From positions 334,304,001 to 334,368,000 of the forward strand of contig OZ024742.1 in the NCBI GenBank assembly GCA_964016885.1: 64,000 nucleotides of DNA. The letters run 5' to 3'. Numbering within the stretch: position 1 is the stretch's first letter; each line of letters opens with the position of its first letter. Made by a program: the position numbers and the translations under genes. Of this stretch, positions 1 through 13,402 are shown piece by piece. The notes below the pieces were generated by a model. It was not told where the DNA came from. It worked only from the letters and a program-made list of their open reading frames with translations, and did not search any database. This DNA is from Eledone cirrhosa. Its lineage: Eukaryota.

Positions 1-279
1 AGAGCATGCTTCTGCTCCTACTGTCAGAAATTATTTATTCCCAAATCTTACCTGCTATTTAACTCTGCTGTTCACGCATCAACACTCTGAAAGTTCTTTC
101 ATCAGCCACTTAGACTGATTGGTTGTTATAATGCTTATAATAGTTAATGTTTTATGTTTAATGTACAAGAATGGATAAAGCCCAAAAGGTAAAAGCAGTA
201 AGAGAGTAACGGAGAGGGAAATATCATATACATAGACACAAAGACACTTGGATGTACTCGTTCAAATGCACTTCTACAA

Positions 280-601
<322 letters not shown>

Positions 602-1541
602 TTTTTTATGTTTAACCTTCTTTCCTTATAATGTATTTGCAATGGTGCAACTTAAATTTCAATGTAGATATACTTATGTTAGATAACACCTCAGCAAAAT
701 TATAGGAACTACTTTCAGAAACACTAGATATATCGTAGATGTACTAATACACGATATTCTGTGAAAGAGAATTATTTAATTAAGTTGCTAAAAAGGCAAT
801 TAATGCAAAGTAGTCAGAGAATTTGAGTAACGTTTTGATTTACAAGCTGTCATAGAGTTTAGCTGATATTTCTCTTACTACGCAAAGTAATAGGTATGCA
901 AATCATCTGATAAGCAGCTGTGTAACAAGTAGAGACATTCATATATAATATTTCTGTTTATCAAAGGAATATGAAATATAATCGTCACTGTTACATTACA
1001 TAAGGATTTCTCACAGAGATTCATAGAAAGTCAAATTTGTTAAAAGTTGTTGTAATTAGTGTTCTTGGTACTTTCTAAAGAATAAAAATGATATATACCT
1101 TTGGATCCTTGGTTTTCTTTTATAATTATTGTTTTGTTTCTAGTTGTGTTTGACCCCTTCCCCTCTCTCTCTCTCTCGTTCTCTGCCTATCTATCTATCT
1201 ATCTATCTTACTGTTAATACAATGGAATGTATTGCAATGAGACAATATCCAGTATTGAACGCTCTACAATATACGTAGCAACAAGGAAACAAAAAGAGAG
1301 GAAAATGAGAAAAAAGTAAGAAAAAAGTGAATCAAGCAACACATAAAAGAAAAGGGGAGGGGGCAACAGGCTCTACAGCTAAGTCTGACCGGTGTATCAG
1401 CTACAACCCGCGGAACAAATGGCAAAGGTAACAACCATCATACTGACACACTATATTACCATCGACTAATAACGTGAACCCTGCGTACACCGATATACTT
1501 GTAAACATGAGACAAACAGCCATAGAGGGAGAGAGAGAGAG

Positions 1542-1655
<114 letters not shown>

Positions 1656-2140
1656 TGGTGTGTGTGTGAGTGAGTGAGTGCGTGTCTTGTAGTCTGAACA
1701 TGGCAAGCCTGAATATATTTCAATAAACTGAGACTGTTCTTGAGATTTCAAGAACGAATTTTACTTCAGGAGTTTTCAGGTGATGCAAAACACGAAAGGA
1801 GGAAACACCTATAACTTGGACAGGACTATGCATTTCGGAATAAATACAAGTTTTCGCGGCCCCAGCGGACAGAATAGAGGAGTTTCCTCTGATGATGGAG
1901 AGAGAGAGACGCGCTGGAAGAGCCATTCCAGCTCGTGAGGCTCAGACCTGCGGGTAGCCAAGTCTGTGCCAATGGTGGTGATCAATGAGGTGGCCCTAAG
2001 GCCAGGGACATCAGACGCCTAGTTAAACTGTTTCCTGCCTATCTATGTTACCAGTATAACTCTCTATTTATCTAGCTAGATAGATTGTATGTATCTATAC
2101 ATCTTTCTGGCTCTCTCTCTCTCTGTCATTCTCAGTCTAT

Positions 2141-2206
<66 letters not shown>

Positions 2207-2236
2207 AGAGAGACTGAGGGCGACGGAGAGGGACAG

Positions 2237-2325
<89 letters not shown>

Positions 2326-2548
2326 ATATGAAAATTAGAGTTAAAACTCCAATTGGAACCCTGTAACTATTAAGCTCCAAGTATAAAAATACTGAGTCGA
2401 TTAATATATAGTAAGAAACACAGTAAACCGTGTGTCTAAAATTACAAGGGTTGAAAAACCACATTTGTTTGAAATATTTAACCAAGAAGTAGACAGAATG
2501 ATAAAATAAAAATATATTATTATACAAACCGCCTCAATAACCATTATA

Positions 2549-2628
2549 TCTCTCGGACAGATTATCCCTAATCTGTTTCGCCCTGAGTGTGTTTGTAACA
2601 GATAATCTTGGGCATCATCAGCGAGAGA
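2549..2628 (-). ncRNA. Type I hammerhead ribozyme (canonical core)
   Basis: Reverse strand: tctctcg-CTGATGA-t-gccc..gggc-GAAAC-agatta ggga taatct-GTC-cgagaga; all three stems pair. Confidence 0.92.
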
Positions 2629-3217
2629 ATCTGATTAAATGCAACAAACACTATTTGCCAACGTTCACACAGAAAGATGAATTTGTCACCTCGTGCGCCG
2701 CTAGTCAAACGTGGTAAGCGCGTATTGAATAGAAATAACAGTCCAACATACACAACTTAATAAGCTCAACTTGTGAGGGAGCAGAAATATATATGGAAAT
2801 TAGAGTTAAAACTCCAATTGGAACCCTGTAACTATTAAGCTCCAAGTATAAAAATACTGAGCCGATTAATATTTTATCATTCTGTCTGCTTCTTGTTTAA
2901 ATATTTCAAACAAATGTGGTTTTTCAACCCTTGTAATTTTAGACACACGGTTTACTGTGTTTCTTACTATATATTAATCGGCTCAGTATTTTTATACTTG
3001 GAGCTTAATAGTTACAGGGTTCCAATTGGAGTTTTAACTCTAATTTCCATATATATTTCTGCTCCCTCACAAGTTGAGCTTATTAAGTTGTGTATGTTGG
3101 ACTGTTATTTCTATTCAATACGCGCTTACCACGGTTGACTAGCGGCAAACGAGGTGACAAATTCATCTTTCTGTGTGAACGTTGGAAAATAGTGTTTGTT
3201 GCATTTAATCAGATTCC

Positions 3218-3291
3218 CTCGCTGATGATGCCCAAGATTATCTGTTACAAACACACTCAGGGCGAAACAGATTAGGGATAATCTGTCCGAG
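3218..3291 (+). ncRNA. Type I hammerhead ribozyme (canonical core)
   Basis: ctcg-CTGATGA-t-gccc(26-nt loop)gggc-GAAAC-agatta ggga taatct-GTC-cgag; predicted cleavage after 3287. Confidence 0.92.
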
Positions 3292-3429
3292 AGATATAAT
3301 GGTTATTGAGGCGGTTTGTATAATAATATATTTTTATTTTATCATTCTGTCTACTTCTTGGTTAAATATTTCAAACAAATGTGGTTTTTCAACCCTTGTA
3401 ATTTCAGACACACGGTTTACTGTGTTTCT

Positions 3430-3502
<73 letters not shown>

Positions 3503-3645
3503 TCTAACAGTGTATCTAGCTACCGATTTATTTATCACCATATATTTTAACGAACCAACCTCTATCGATTATCAGAGGAAAAGAAATGAATTCCTTATAC
3601 CGAGTTATACTTATATACAAATCTGTATATACGCACGCACACACA

Positions 3646-3712
<67 letters not shown>

Positions 3713-3939
3713 GCATACATGCATGCATATATACATACATACATACATACAAATCTGAATAATTGCCCCATAGAATATTGAATGAGCCTCATTTTGTTGT
3801 CAACATGGTCTTTTATTAAGGTCTTACACTGAAGGTTCACTGAGTACATTCCATTCTTTCATCTAGAGTGAAAAGTTTGATAAAAAAATAAACCGTCTTG
3901 AAAATAGCTATCGTTTATCAATGACTATTATGCATTTCA

Positions 3940-4005
<66 letters not shown>

Positions 4006-4006
4006 C

Positions 4007-4087
<81 letters not shown>

Positions 4088-4115
4088 TATACATATATAG
4101 TATATACATATATAT

Positions 4116-4163
<48 letters not shown>

Positions 4164-4203
4164 TATATATACATATATATATGTATATACATATATATAT
4201 ATG

Positions 4204-4234
<31 letters not shown>

Positions 4235-4444
4235 GTATATACATATGTATATACACACATACACACCACACACATATATATATATATATATATGTATGTA
4301 TAAACTTTATAGTCTACATCTGTATTTACATCTATTTTTGTACATGGAACACATGTCTTGTGAGTGTGAAAACTTTGCGAGGATTATATGGTGTAAATAG
4401 AGGTATGTGTATGCAAGCTCTGTGTATATGTGTGTGTATGTATA

Positions 4445-4530
<86 letters not shown>

Positions 4531-4726
4531 AATTTGTATGTGTGTGAAAAGATATCATGTCAGTAGGATTATGTATCTCTATATATGAACGAGTGTATAT
4601 ATACATATGTGTGTGCCACAGTGCTTGGAATTTAATATGAAAAAGATATTTGAAAAAAAATGCAAAATTAAATACCCACGGATTAAAATGCCGCGCACGT
4701 ATACCTGTAGGCATATATATATGCAC

Positions 4727-4763
<37 letters not shown>

Positions 4764-4890
4764 TGCATATATATATATGCACCTATATACACATGTATAT
4801 ATACACACACACACATACACGCAAGCACACGCACACATATATACACATACACACACACGCTCACATACACACACATATATATATATATAC

Positions 4891-4938
<48 letters not shown>

Positions 4939-5239
4939 AGCAACACAGAAGCAAAAACAAATACTGAAAATTTAGAAAAACGAATAAAACAAGTAAACTA
5001 ACCAAGGAAACTTAAAAGCAAACATATAAGACAAATATGAAACTGGGTAGAAAAGTGTATTTAGAAGAGATGTGTACATCTTTGAAACTGTTCATTAAAT
5101 ACGTTGCAGTACATATTGACCTAAAGTTCAGTAGGTTTGAGATTTTTCAATCATCTAAATGAAGCTATTCACCAGTCAAAGATGGCAGACTGCTAGAAAT
5201 TTCTACGTTCCAGACGTAGCAGAATAAACTCTCTATATC

Positions 5240-6010
5240 GTGGTGATGATGGTGGTGGTGGTGATGGTTGTGGTGGCGGTGGAGGTGTTGGTGGTTGGTC
5301 TGATTCTCATGTTGGTGATGGTGGTGGTGGTGGTGGTTGTGTTAGCGGTGGTGGAGGTGGTTGTGTTCGTGATGGTGGTGGTGGAAGTGGTTGTGTTTGT
5401 GTTAGCGGTGGTGGAGGTGGTTGTGTTGGTGATGGTGGTAGTGGAGGTGGTTGTGTTTGTGTTAGAGGTGGTGGTGTAGGTGGTTGTGTTTGTGTTAGCG
5501 GTGGTGGAGGTGGTTGTGTTTGTGATGGTGGTAGTGGAGGTGGTTGTGTTTGTGTTAGAGGTGGTGGTGTAGGTGGTTGTGTTTGTGTTAGCGGTGGTGG
5601 AGGTGGTTGTGTTTGTGATGGTGGTGATGGGGGTGGTTGTGTTAGAGGTAGTGGAGGTGGTTGTGTTTGTGTTAGAGGTGGTGGAGGTAGTTGTGTTTGT
5701 GTTAGAAGTGGTGGAGGTGGTTGTTTTCGTGATGGTGGTGGTGGAGGTGGTTGTGTTTGTGTTAGCGCTGGTGGTCGTGGTTGTGTGTGTGATGGTGGTA
5801 GTGGAGGTGGTTGTGTTTGTGTTAGAGGTGGTGGAGGTGGTTGCGTTTGTGATGGTGGTGGTGGGGGTGGTTGTGTTTGTGATGGTGGTGATGGGGGTGG
5901 TTGTGTTTGTGATGGTGGAGGTAGAGGTGGTTGTGTTTGTGGTGGTAGGGCTGGGTGAGTTTGTGATGGTGGTGTTGGTGGAGGTGGTTGGTCTGATTCT
6001 CATGTTGGTG
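5240..6010. repeat. ~30-bp minisatellite (gtggaggtggttgtgtttgtgttagcggtg-like) with Thr-rich mucin-like reading on the minus strand
   Basis: Many degenerate 30-bp units; minus-strand ORF 5233-6003 reads (TTSTTTITNT)n. Coding status not established. Confidence 0.8.
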
Positions 6011-6339
6011 CTGTCGGCGGTGGTTGTGTTTGTGATGGTGGTGGTCGAGGTGGTGATGGTGTTGATTGTGGTAGGTGTTGTGGTTTTGATAGTGGTGTTG
6101 GAGGTGGAGGTATTTGTGTTTGTGGTGGTGGTGGTGGTAATTATTGTGTTTTGGGGTTATGGTGGGTGTAATGGATTTATTTGTGGAAGAGGTAGTGGTA
6201 ATGTTTGTGTGTGAGATAGTGATTCTCAAGGTGGTATTTGTAGTACTGATGAGGAGGGGGGGATGCTTCTGCTGTTTGTGGTGTTATTACTGGTGGGTGT
6301 CGTCGTTAGTAGTTACCGTTGTGGCCGATTTTAGTGGTG

Positions 6340-6730
6340 GTGATTGTCTTCAGTTTTGTGGTGGTGGTGGTGGTGGTGTAGGTGGTGGTGGTGGTGGGGA
6401 CGGTGGTCGTCCTCCTCGTCGTTGAAGTTACATTTGCTGTTACTGGTTGTAGTGTTACTGTTTGTCGTTGCTGTTGTTGACCTTAGTGGTGGTAGTGGTG
6501 ATGGTAATGGTGGTGGTGGTGATAGTACTGGTGGCGGTGGTGATGATAATGGTGGTGGTTCTGGTGGTGGTGGTAGTGGTGGTAGTGATGGTAATTTTGG
6601 TGGTGGTGGTGGTAGTTGTGGTGGTAGTGGTGGTGGTAGTAATGGTAATGGTGGTGGTGGTGATGGTAGTGGTGGTGGTGATGGTGGTGGTGGTGGTAGT
6701 GGTGGTGTTGATGGTGGTATTAGTCGCTGA
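6340..6730. repeat. (GGT/AGT)n low-complexity tract
   Basis: Degenerate ggt/agt triplets. Confidence 0.85.
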
Positions 6731-7313
6731 TGTTGTAGTAGCTGTGTGTGTGATGCTGATGTGATGATGCTCGTGGTAAAGGTGGTAACCACTGTTAATA
6801 GTGCGTTTGATGATACACACGGTGGGAAACGTCGAAACAGTTAGAGTTGTTAGTATTGTTGTGGTCTTGATGGTTATGGTGATTCATATTGCAGTGTTGG
6901 TGTTGGTGTTGGTAGCTGTCGTCGTGGAAGTGCTTGCAGTATTAGTGTTGTAACAGTTGTATTATATTATGTAGTTTCTTCGCTGGGTTCGGGGATTTTC
7001 TTAGCTATTATAATTCAATTTTTATTTTTTATTTTATTTTTATGGAGTCCTTCTTTCACATTTTTGGGGGTTATTTTTTTTTTCGTGAAAAGAATCCTCT
7101 ACAACTAACAATTATTCATACTATTCATTGATTGATTGATTCTTTCAATCTTTCATGTAGTTATTCTTGGTGCAGGTGAAAGTAGACATGTGGAAAGGAC
7201 ATGGAACAAAGTTATGCGAGCAAAAATAGAAACGTAATAATAAAAAATCATATATATATATATATATAGTGACGAAACATAAGTCAATTGCATGAACTCA
7301 TAATCCTTTATTT

Positions 7314-7369
7314 ACTGCTATATATATTTCGATGATAGCCATTGAATGGGTATGACCTCATCAGGCAGT
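7314..7369 (-). ncRNA. Minimal hammerhead ribozyme in PLE pLTR remnant (7269-7435)
   Basis: Reverse strand: actgc-CTGATGA-ggtcatacccattcaatggctatcatc-GAAA-tatata-TA-gcagt, then aataaa. Related to the motifs at 18756 and 54594; stem II partly decayed. Confidence 0.75.
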
Positions 7370-7443
7370 TAGTCAGTTCTTAGATATGCCAGCTCTGTGT
7401 TTATGGCGTTGATGGTATCAGAGCCTTGGGACATATATATATT

Positions 7444-7796
7444 TATGAAAATAAAACAAAGAAGCCTTCAATACATCAAAAGTCTTTATTAGCCAACAAT
7501 GTTTCGTCCTATTAAGGACTCATCGGGGCAATTAAAACAACAAGAAGTATTATCGGCCAATACAAGCCGAAAACTCCGAAGAATATGGAGTGTACATACA
7601 CTTTAATTGCCCTGATGAGTCCTTAATAGGACGAAACATTGTTGGCTAATAAAGACTCTTGATGTATTGAAGGCTTCTTTGTTTTATTTTCATAATTCTT
7701 CGGCTCTGTTTAATTGCATTGAGCTATACCTTTTACTGTCATTTCTATAATACGAAGAGGGTGTTTAACTCCAACACGCTCCAGTATTTTAATCTT
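7444..7796. mobile_element. Short PLE-type fold-back insertion (93-bp inverted repeat, HHR in each arm, extra tail on right arm)
   Basis: 7444-7536 is the reverse complement of 7602-7695; 65-bp spacer; ~100-bp tail runs into (TA)n. Confidence 0.75.
7606..7650 (+). ncRNA. Minimal hammerhead ribozyme (inverted copy at 7488-7532 has CCGATGA core)
   Basis: gcc-CTGATGA-gtcc ttaata ggac-GAAAC-att-GTT-ggc, followed by aataaa. Confidence 0.85.
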
Positions 7797-8399
7797 TATA
7801 TATATATATATATATATATATAAGTTCTAGAAAAAAAGGAACGATGAATGGTGGTTTGCCAGGAGGCTTGTTGTTTTAGGGATAATGGTGACGATGTTGA
7901 TGGTGCTGGTGACGACGATGTTGCTGCCGATGACGGCATTGATAGTAATGAGGCTGTACATCGTTGAAGATAACGTTATGTCAAAGATATAGATAGATGC
8001 AGATGGTAATTTTGTTGCGTACATGTTTTTCTTTTATTTAACAGACATATGATTTATGTTTTACGAACCATAACAATATAATCCACATTCCAATATAATG
8101 TTCACAGTAACCAATGTATCCTTTCTTTTTAGGATTGGGAGAGTTCGTTACATTAGAAGGTGATATTGGCCAACAGATTCATCACCGAAAACCGTGCGAG
8201 TTCGTTGACCTTATGTTAAAAGTCCACAGGTACTTATCTCCGTTTATTTCAATATGATACCTTATAAAGTCTGCGGCTAGGACATACCTGGAAGTAAACA
8301 AACATGAATTATCGAAACCCTGGGGGTTGAAATTTGAAGATGTAGAAATGTGATAATCACAAATGCAGAAAATAACATTCGATCTCTATATATAATAGC

Positions 8400-8985
8400 T
8401 ATGAAAATCGTCATAACTGATGATTATACGTAGTTTTACGCGTACGGTACGATCCGGAAACTAACACTCAGTCATCAATGTGGAAGCACATAACGTCGTC
8501 AGGGTCCCATAAAGCTCGTCAGGAATAAAATAAATTCATAAGGAAGCTGACTGTTTTCTTGAACTACAGATGTGTTGTGCATCATGAATATTCACCAGAA
8601 GTAAAAACAGTAACAGTATTAGCAGAGCGTCGTCCGACGTCTTTGTGAGGCAGTTCAAAGCAAGATACTGAATTTTTAGGTTTCACAGAACTGGCAGATA
8701 TATCAGGACAACGCTGTTCCGGTGCAATTGTTGCAACTTACTCAGGATATCTGGGATAAGAAATGATTTTAGCACATTCCCAAGATTCCGTACAATCATG
8801 ACATAGATTCTGAATTCTGGTTGTTCTCACAAATGAAGATGGCACTGAAATGCTATGTTGAGAGACGAGATGATATGCAGACTGCGACGGCAGAGTTCAG
8901 AACAGTTCCGGAACAAATTAAGATATACTTCCAAAAGTTGATGGATCATTGGGGTGTGTATGGAAGAAGAAAAGGCCTACTTCAA
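8400..8985 (+). pseudogene. Degenerate mariner (Tc1/mariner DD34D-type) transposase
   Basis: Piecewise translation gives ITDD..YDPETNTQSSMWKH..KARQ..TVFLNYRCVVHHEYSPE..WQIYQDNA..PYNHD..FWLFSQMKMALK, matching mariner ITGDETW/YDPETKxQS/HDNA/PYSPDL motifs, with stops and frameshifts. Confidence 0.75.
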
Positions 8986-9136
8986 TCCTACCAAGTACGT
9001 AATTTTTCCTCCTGCCTAAATTTAAAAACGTTTTCGAAGGGCTTCGCGTGTATGTGTGAATGTGTGAACGCCTGCGTGTGTGTGCGTGTGGGGTGTCTGT
9101 CTGTCTGACTGTCTGTGTGTGTGGGTGTGATGTTGT

Positions 9137-9170
<34 letters not shown>

Positions 9171-9537
9171 TTGTGTGTGTGTGTTTGTGTGTATCTGTGT
9201 GTTTGTGTATGTGTGTGTGCGTGTGTATTGTGTGTGTTGTCTAGGTGTGTATCAATATCAAAACAGAGATTGGTAGATTATTAAAGCTGATCCAGTGAGT
9301 AAAACGTTTCCATTGTTCTCAACGTGTTCATTGGACAACAGTAAACGTGGGTAGTCCGAAAGATAGACATACCCTACCACCATCTCAACCAAAGTTGTCT
9401 ATTGGAAGAATCCCTTGGAGAACCAAAAATAAGAGTGAGAGGATAGGGGAATTAAGTACATGTTCTTACGAGTATGTATGTATAAATGTCAGTATCCGAG
9501 TTTATAACCATATGTTTACGTTTCAAGTTTATCATTT

Positions 9538-10581
9538 ACTAGCAGAGGTACCCGGCCTTGCTCGGGTATTAAATAGCAATTATGTATACCATTTATGTCA
9601 ATACTTCAGTGCTGCTTCGAAAACTATACTTTTACAAAATCATCGGCTTTTTTCCAAAGGGGGTTCCTGCCCCCAGGGGGCCCCCTACTCAATATGTGCC
9701 AATTCACATTCATCTGTAGAACAAACGTAGCCCATGTGTCAAGTTTAGTGAAAATCGGTTGCGAACTCCAGAAGTTATGACGTTTTGTTGCATTGCACTG
9801 CAGTGCTTCAGTCGACTCCAAGGAAGTGGTTAAAGGGGGTTATCTGCCGGAGGCCCGATAATCAATATCTGGAAAAATGAAAGTGCCCATGACCATCCGG
9901 AGTACATAAGTAACCTATGTCTTTAATTTGGTGAAAATACTCTAGAAATTCATAAGGTTTACACACACACGCTCGTGCGTGCGTGCGTGTGTGTGTGTGT
10001 ATGTGTTTGTGTGTGTGTATGTATTTGTGTGTGCGTATGTATATGTATGTGTATATCCGTCGGCGCATACGTATGTCCTGGCCTAAATCTTTACTATTTA
10101 CTTTTACTATTTTAATAACCTCTGTCGTTTTCGTTTTCAATTTTATTTACATAATTCTTAAACTCCGTGGCTGGAAATCATTCGGTAATTTTAACGACTC
10201 CATTTATACCATAAACTTGGTCTTGTCTTTGCATGAAATTGTTCTTCTCAGTCCACATAGCAACGTATTATCCTCGCTTTTTTCCCGTTCATTGCCAGGG
10301 AACGTCTTCACGAACCAAAATATCGTCTTCCTGTTTTCCTTCGGTTGCAACGTTTCTCGAAATATTTACTTCTGCGTTCACAGACTAAATTTTTTAGTTT
10401 CAGAAGATCCCGTTAATGTTGAAAGCAGCGATTCTTTTCTTGAACTTTAATCTGTTCTGAGGATTGAAAGCAAAATATTTTGCTTTTAAGAAACCACTGG
10501 TAAATGGAATAATTGCCTTATGTTGTTTATTACATAACTATATATATATATACACACATATACATATACACACACATATAT

Positions 10582-10633
<52 letters not shown>

Positions 10634-10945
10634 ATGTATGCATATATATATGTGTGTATGTATGTATATATATATTGTTTCTACTTTTGGCACAAGGCCA
10701 GCAATTATCCCAGTGTATTACTGGTACTTTATTTTATCGACCCCGTAAGGATGAAAGGCAAAGTTAACCTCAGCGGGATTTGAACTCAGACCATATGTAT
10801 GTATATATATATTATTTTCCCATATCTTACGTTAATTATTTTCCATATTGACGTTATAGTCACTTATATATTATGAAATACTGTTGGCTTCTTGCTCACA
10901 TTAATTTCTCTATTTTCATATATATATATATACTAATTGCAGTTA

Positions 10946-10995
<50 letters not shown>

Positions 10996-11136
10996 TAATG
11001 GCAGTTAGTATACTTAGACCGTAGGGAATATATAAATGCTAGTTTGAAGTCAATCAGTGTAGAAATGTGGATTTGTATAGACTTTGCAAAAATGAGGACA
11101 CACACACAGACAACATCAGTTTTATATATATAGATT
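9538..11136 (+). mobile_element. Possible non-autonomous Helitron/Helentron-type element(s), interrupted by microsatellites and a SINE
   Basis: Starts actagcagaggtacccggccttgctcggg (short hairpin), contains caagtttagtgaaaatcgg, ends acacagacaacatcagttttatatatatagatt; termini recalled as typical of such elements. May be several pieces. Confidence 0.35.
10674..10792 (-). mobile_element. tRNA-derived Meta-domain SINE, 3' part
   Basis: Reverse complement of gagttcaaatcccg..gcctttcatccttacggggtcgataaaataaagtaccag..gtagaaacaat. Confidence 0.85.
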
Positions 11137-11832
11137 ACATTAATTTACGTCGTCTCTTCAAGACAGGTAATGCATAATTTGAGATAAATAGCCTGTTATT
11201 TCTAACAGATGGAGAGGCCATATCGTATAGTGACCTCCTTCGATACCTCGTGTATTGTTGGTATTCATATTTTTCTTGTAATAGTTTTAACTGATATTTT
11301 TAGCTTTTATCATTGCTTAAGTGTATAGCCTGAGATACTCTAATATTAGGGTAGAGAAATGGTATTATATCAGCACATTGTATTTGTATTTTAACAACCA
11401 GGGAAGTGTGTAAAAGAAAAAAAACCACCCGGAACATAAAATAGAGCAAGGAAATGCCACAGAAAGCAGAATTAGTAGAACTAGTGATGAAGCGAGTAAT
11501 TTTTTTTTTTTTCTGCTAGACATGAATGAAAGGGATTTAGCTATGGCAATGTATTAGATGCTGTTGATGTTTAGTCTAAATCGTTACAGGTCTATTCCTG
11601 TAAGAAAAGCGTACGCAGGGAAATAAAGCCAGGGAACGATATTCTGGTGAAAAAGGATTAGGTGTAGTAGATTGTGCGATGGTGAAGTGTGGACCCTATA
11701 TGTATGATGAGAGGAGGAGGGATGAGTGAGAGAGGTATGCTTGTGTAGAAATGACACTCGTTCAGCCAAAGCAGATGACATAGTAGTAGTGGTAGAAATG
11801 GTAGAGAGAGAGAGAGAAAGAGATAGAGAGAG

Positions 11833-11872
<40 letters not shown>

Positions 11873-12202
11873 TCGGTGTTAGCTTAATGTATTAACAGAA
11901 TCGTTAAAGCATCAAACAAAATACTTTGCGATATTTGATTACGGCTTGTATTATGTTCTGAGTTCAAATCCTGCCGACCTCAAATTTGCCTCTCATTCTT
12001 CCGTATTCGATATTATAAGGTTAGCTCGATGGATTGACAGAATCATACATTCTCTGTTCGTATTTGCATCATGCATTTTTTAACCACGTTCCTTTTGCAT
12101 TTCCTTATTACAACCTTTGTTCCTTTTTCCCTTGCCTTCTCTCTTTAACTTATTCTTACTCTATAATCTGAATTTTCTCTCCTCCTCCTTTCTTTCTCTC
12201 TA

Positions 12203-12319
<117 letters not shown>

Positions 12320-12475
12320 GTCTCTATCTGTCACTCACCATGTCTATCACTATATTTATCACAATGTCTGCCACTCTCTCACTCCCACTTCACTCACTAC
12401 TATCACTTCAATCTGATTAAGGAGTTAGAGATATGGAGGATATAAGATGAAAGCTTTTATTTGATTGTCGTAATG

Positions 12476-12839
12476 GGTGGTGGTGGTGGTGGTGGTGGTG
12501 GTGGTGGTGGTGGTGATGGTGGTGATGGTGGTGGTGGTGGTGGTGATGGTGGTGGTGGTGGTGGTGGTGGTGGTGGTGATGGTGGTGGTGGTGGTGGTGA
12601 TGGTGGTAGTGGTGGTGGTGGTGGTAGTAGTAGTAGTAGGAGGAGGAGGAGGGGGAGGAGGGGAGGAGGAGGGGGAGGAGGAGAATGAGCAGGAGGTGGG
12701 GGATCAGGAGGTGGCCTGAGGAGCAGGAGTTGGAAGTGGAGGAGGAGGAGAGGGTGGAAGAGGGAGGTGGAGCAGCAGTAGCAGCAGTAGTAGTAGTAGT
12801 AGTAGTAGCAGCAGCAGTAGTAGTAGTAGTAGTAGCAGT

Positions 12840-12874
<35 letters not shown>

Positions 12875-12962
12875 TAGTAGCAGTAGCAGCAGTAGTAGTA
12901 GTAGTAGCAGCAGCGGCAGTAGTAGTAGTAGTAGTAGTAGCAGCAGAATCAGCAGTAGTAGT

Positions 12963-13035
<73 letters not shown>
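12476..13035. repeat. Compound (GGT)n/(GGA)n/(GTA,GCA)n trinucleotide repeat
   Basis: Direct reading; source of poly-G/V/A/L ORFs. Confidence 0.9.
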
Positions 13036-13231
13036 ATTGAAGTGGCAATGGGTTTGGTACGTTAAATATTATGTACAGCCTGACAGTGATTTGGTAATCT
13101 GAGCTACAATTGGATGTCATCAAGACATAATATTGCATAATTAGTGAAAAATCAATATAACATACATCAACAAGAAGGAATGATCAATATGTATTTGCGT
13201 AAGGGTGAGGGGGCGCTTGTGTGTACATGTG

Positions 13232-13315
<84 letters not shown>

Positions 13316-13402
13316 GAGACAGAGAGAGAGACAGAGAGAGAGGCAGAAAGTGAGATAGAGATAGAGAGAAAGGATAGATAGACAGATAGATAGATAGATA
13401 GA

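Larger units (their letters stand above)
2330..3432. mobile_element. Retrozyme-like non-coding element: two inverted arms of a 465-nt hammerhead-containing unit, inserted in (TA)n
   Basis: Arm 2330-2872 (-) and arm 2870-3432 (+) are reverse complements of the same unit. Each arm has an internal direct repeat at 465-nt spacing (aattagagttaaaactcc at 2333 and 2798; tattttatcattctgtc at 2870 and 3335). One HHR per arm, no meaningful ORF, (TA)n on both sides. Confidence 0.8.
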
